Source: Octopus bimaculoides (taxonomy: Eukaryota). Taken from it: a stretch of 64,000 nt of DNA. Position numbers and translations under genes: made by a program. The stretch lies in contig NC_068993.1 in NCBI RefSeq assembly GCF_001194135.2, forward strand, positions 46,781,561-46,845,560, given 5' to 3'. The notes beneath the pieces are model-generated. The model made no database searches and was not told where the DNA came from. It saw only the letters and a program-made list of their open reading frames with translations. Shown here piece by piece: positions 62,193 to 64,000 of this stretch; position 1 is the stretch's first letter, and each line of letters opens with the position of its first letter.

Positions 62193-62308
62193 GTCCAAAA
62201 GCTCAAGCAATGGAGGCAGATGAGTGTCCTTTAAATGTCCAGCATCCACCAACAGGGGAAGAATTTGCTCTTGGCTGTGGTGTCTGTCGGAACGCTCATA
62301 CATTTTGA
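62193..62308 (+). CDS. MYCBP2: MYCBP2 last coding exon, [38 protein letters not shown]-stop
   Basis: Acceptor cattgcag, TGA at 62306-62308. Canonical PHR C-terminus. Confidence 0.97.
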
Positions 62309-62949
62309 AGACCTTCACCCAACCAGCCACAACACCAACACCCAACACCACCATCACCTCCGTGCAACTTAGCTGTGTAATAACCCCTCCCCCTCATCAT
62401 CGCTCCCCCCCCTCTCTCTTCCTTCCACTTGGCTCCACTCATATTGTAATGCCACACTCTTTCTATATAACGTTATGAAAGCAGTTGTTAGAGCCCCGGG
62501 CAAATTGCAGCATGGTATTTAGTGACACCACTTGACTTTTTGAGTTCAAATCCTGTCAAGGTCTCTGTTGTCTTTCATTCTTCTGAGGCTACAAATTCAA
62601 CTGTCCCCTCCTCCTAAAGTTTGAGGTTCTGTGCTTATAATAGAAAGTATTGTTATTATTATTATTAATGAGTGAGAGAGCAGTGCATGCCATCAAAGTG
62701 ACACTGGGGTTAAATATACGTTGCCCAGTATACCCATCTGATAAGGGTACACCAGGCACGTGCATCACAACCATATGTGCATGACATGGTGACTTAGTAT
62801 TATTATTATTATCATTATTACTGGTAGGTGATTGGCACAATTGTTAGTGGCAGACTAATTAACTAATTTCTGTATCTAGTTACTTTGTTGTAGGTTTTGA
62901 GTTCTAATCCTCCTGCTGGAGTCAGTTTTTGTAGTTTATTCTTCTCATT

Positions 62950-62955
62950 AATAAA
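62950..62955 (+). promoter_or_regulatory. Candidate polyadenylation signal AATAAA
   Basis: First canonical AATAAA I found after the stop codon. It lies among SINE-derived sequence and has no transcript support. Confidence 0.25.
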
Positions 62956-64000
62956 TTGCGAGCAAATTCTAAAGTAGAAGAAGGCTGGGTGGGGGAGGCC
63001 ATTGAGATCAATTTAATCCCTCTTCCCCACTAAATTATCTGCACTTGTAACTATAATAGAGATAATTATTGTTATTAAATTAACGAACTGTCAGAATTCT
63101 TAACACGTTGGACAAAATATTCAGGGCCATTTCTTCTGGCTTTTATTGCCTGAGGTCTATTTTCCCCTTTCATCCGTTCAGGATTGATAAAATAAGTACC
63201 AGTTAAACACTGGGATCAGTATAATCAGCTTACTCCCTCTGTTAAAGTTGCTGGCCTTGTGCCAAAGTTTGAAAGAATTATTATTACTATTAATAATAAT
63301 AATATTGTTGTTGTTATTAATATTACTGTTGTTAGATGCTTAGTGAGTTGGGAGAATTTTTGGAGTGGTGAGAAACAAAAAAAAAATATTTTATGGTATT
63401 TGTTCTGACTCCAGTTCAATTTCTGCAGGAGCTAACTTTGCTTTTGCCCGACCACCAAGGGCTGATAAAATAAAAGCACCAGTCATTTACTGTTGTCGGG
63501 GGTTGATGGATTCAACCAACCCTTTACCATCAAGATTCCTGGCTTTGTGCCAAAATCACAAACCATTATTGTTATTATTTTATTACTGTTATTAAGGCAG
63601 CGAGCTGGCTGAATCGTTAGTGTTGGAACAAAAGTACCTTGTGGTTTTTTGTTGCGGCTCTTTACTTTTTGAGTTCAAATCCAGTTAGTCAACTTTGCCT
63701 TTCATCCTTCCAGTATCAATAAAATAAAGTACCAGTCAGAAACTGGGGCTGGTGCTGTGCTATTGACTTATCCCTTCCTCTTCAAACTGCTGGTCTTGGA
63801 CCTAAATTAGAAACAATTATTATTATTATTGTTACTATGGTGGTTTGATTGAATTGTTAGAACATCAGAAAAATAATACCTTGTGGTGCTTATTCTAGTT
63901 TTTTTTTTATGTTCTGCGTTCAAATCCCTTTACAGTCAACTTTGCTCTTCATCCTTTCAGGGTTGATGAAAATAAAATACCAGTCAAATACTTGGGTGTT

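Larger units (their letters stand above)
17935..62308 (+). other. MYCBP2: 3' portion of a MYCBP2/Highwire/RPM-1 (PHR) E3 ubiquitin ligase gene; 5' part lies upstream of the window
   Basis: Spliced exons give PHR-family signatures: [49 protein letters not shown] (DOC), CDNHDDGET..C..C (B-box), CMICFTEALSAAP (RING-H2) and the terminus [21 protein letters not shown]. All GT-AG junctions are phase-consistent. Confidence 0.97.

Noticed and set aside
1389-63595. Many ORF-track entries made of YI, CV, TH, poly-I, poly-L, poly-F, poly-T or X runs
   Set aside because: They are translations of microsatellites, SINE tails or N-gaps, with no splice or homology support.

Overview
Animal genomic DNA: AT-rich, dense in microsatellites, with four N-gaps. 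The SINE, LINE and microsatellite landscape suggests an octopus-like cephalopod; this is an inference, not a database match. The + strand carries the 3' part of a MYCBP2/Highwire/RPM-1 (PHR family) E3 ubiquitin ligase gene. I assembled 26 phase-consistent GT-AG exons from 32802 to the stop at 62308 (5347 nt, about 1781 aa). They encode the conserved central region, DOC/APC10 domain, B-box, RING-H2 and tandem-cysteine (RCR) domain. Six further candidate exons between 197 and 29914 also join in phase. The introns hold a decayed DD37D (maT) transposon, a mariner fragment, hAT and Tc1-type MITEs, RTE and R4-like LINE remnants, three tRNA-derived SINE families and several minisatellites. The most unusual signal is a set of minimal type-I hammerhead ribozyme motifs of the kind linked to Penelope-like elements. 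These include a tandem sense-strand pair 144 nt apart, a candidate G3-C8 covariant core, and three motifs in long inverted-repeat hairpins. All folds were made by eye and none is tested.
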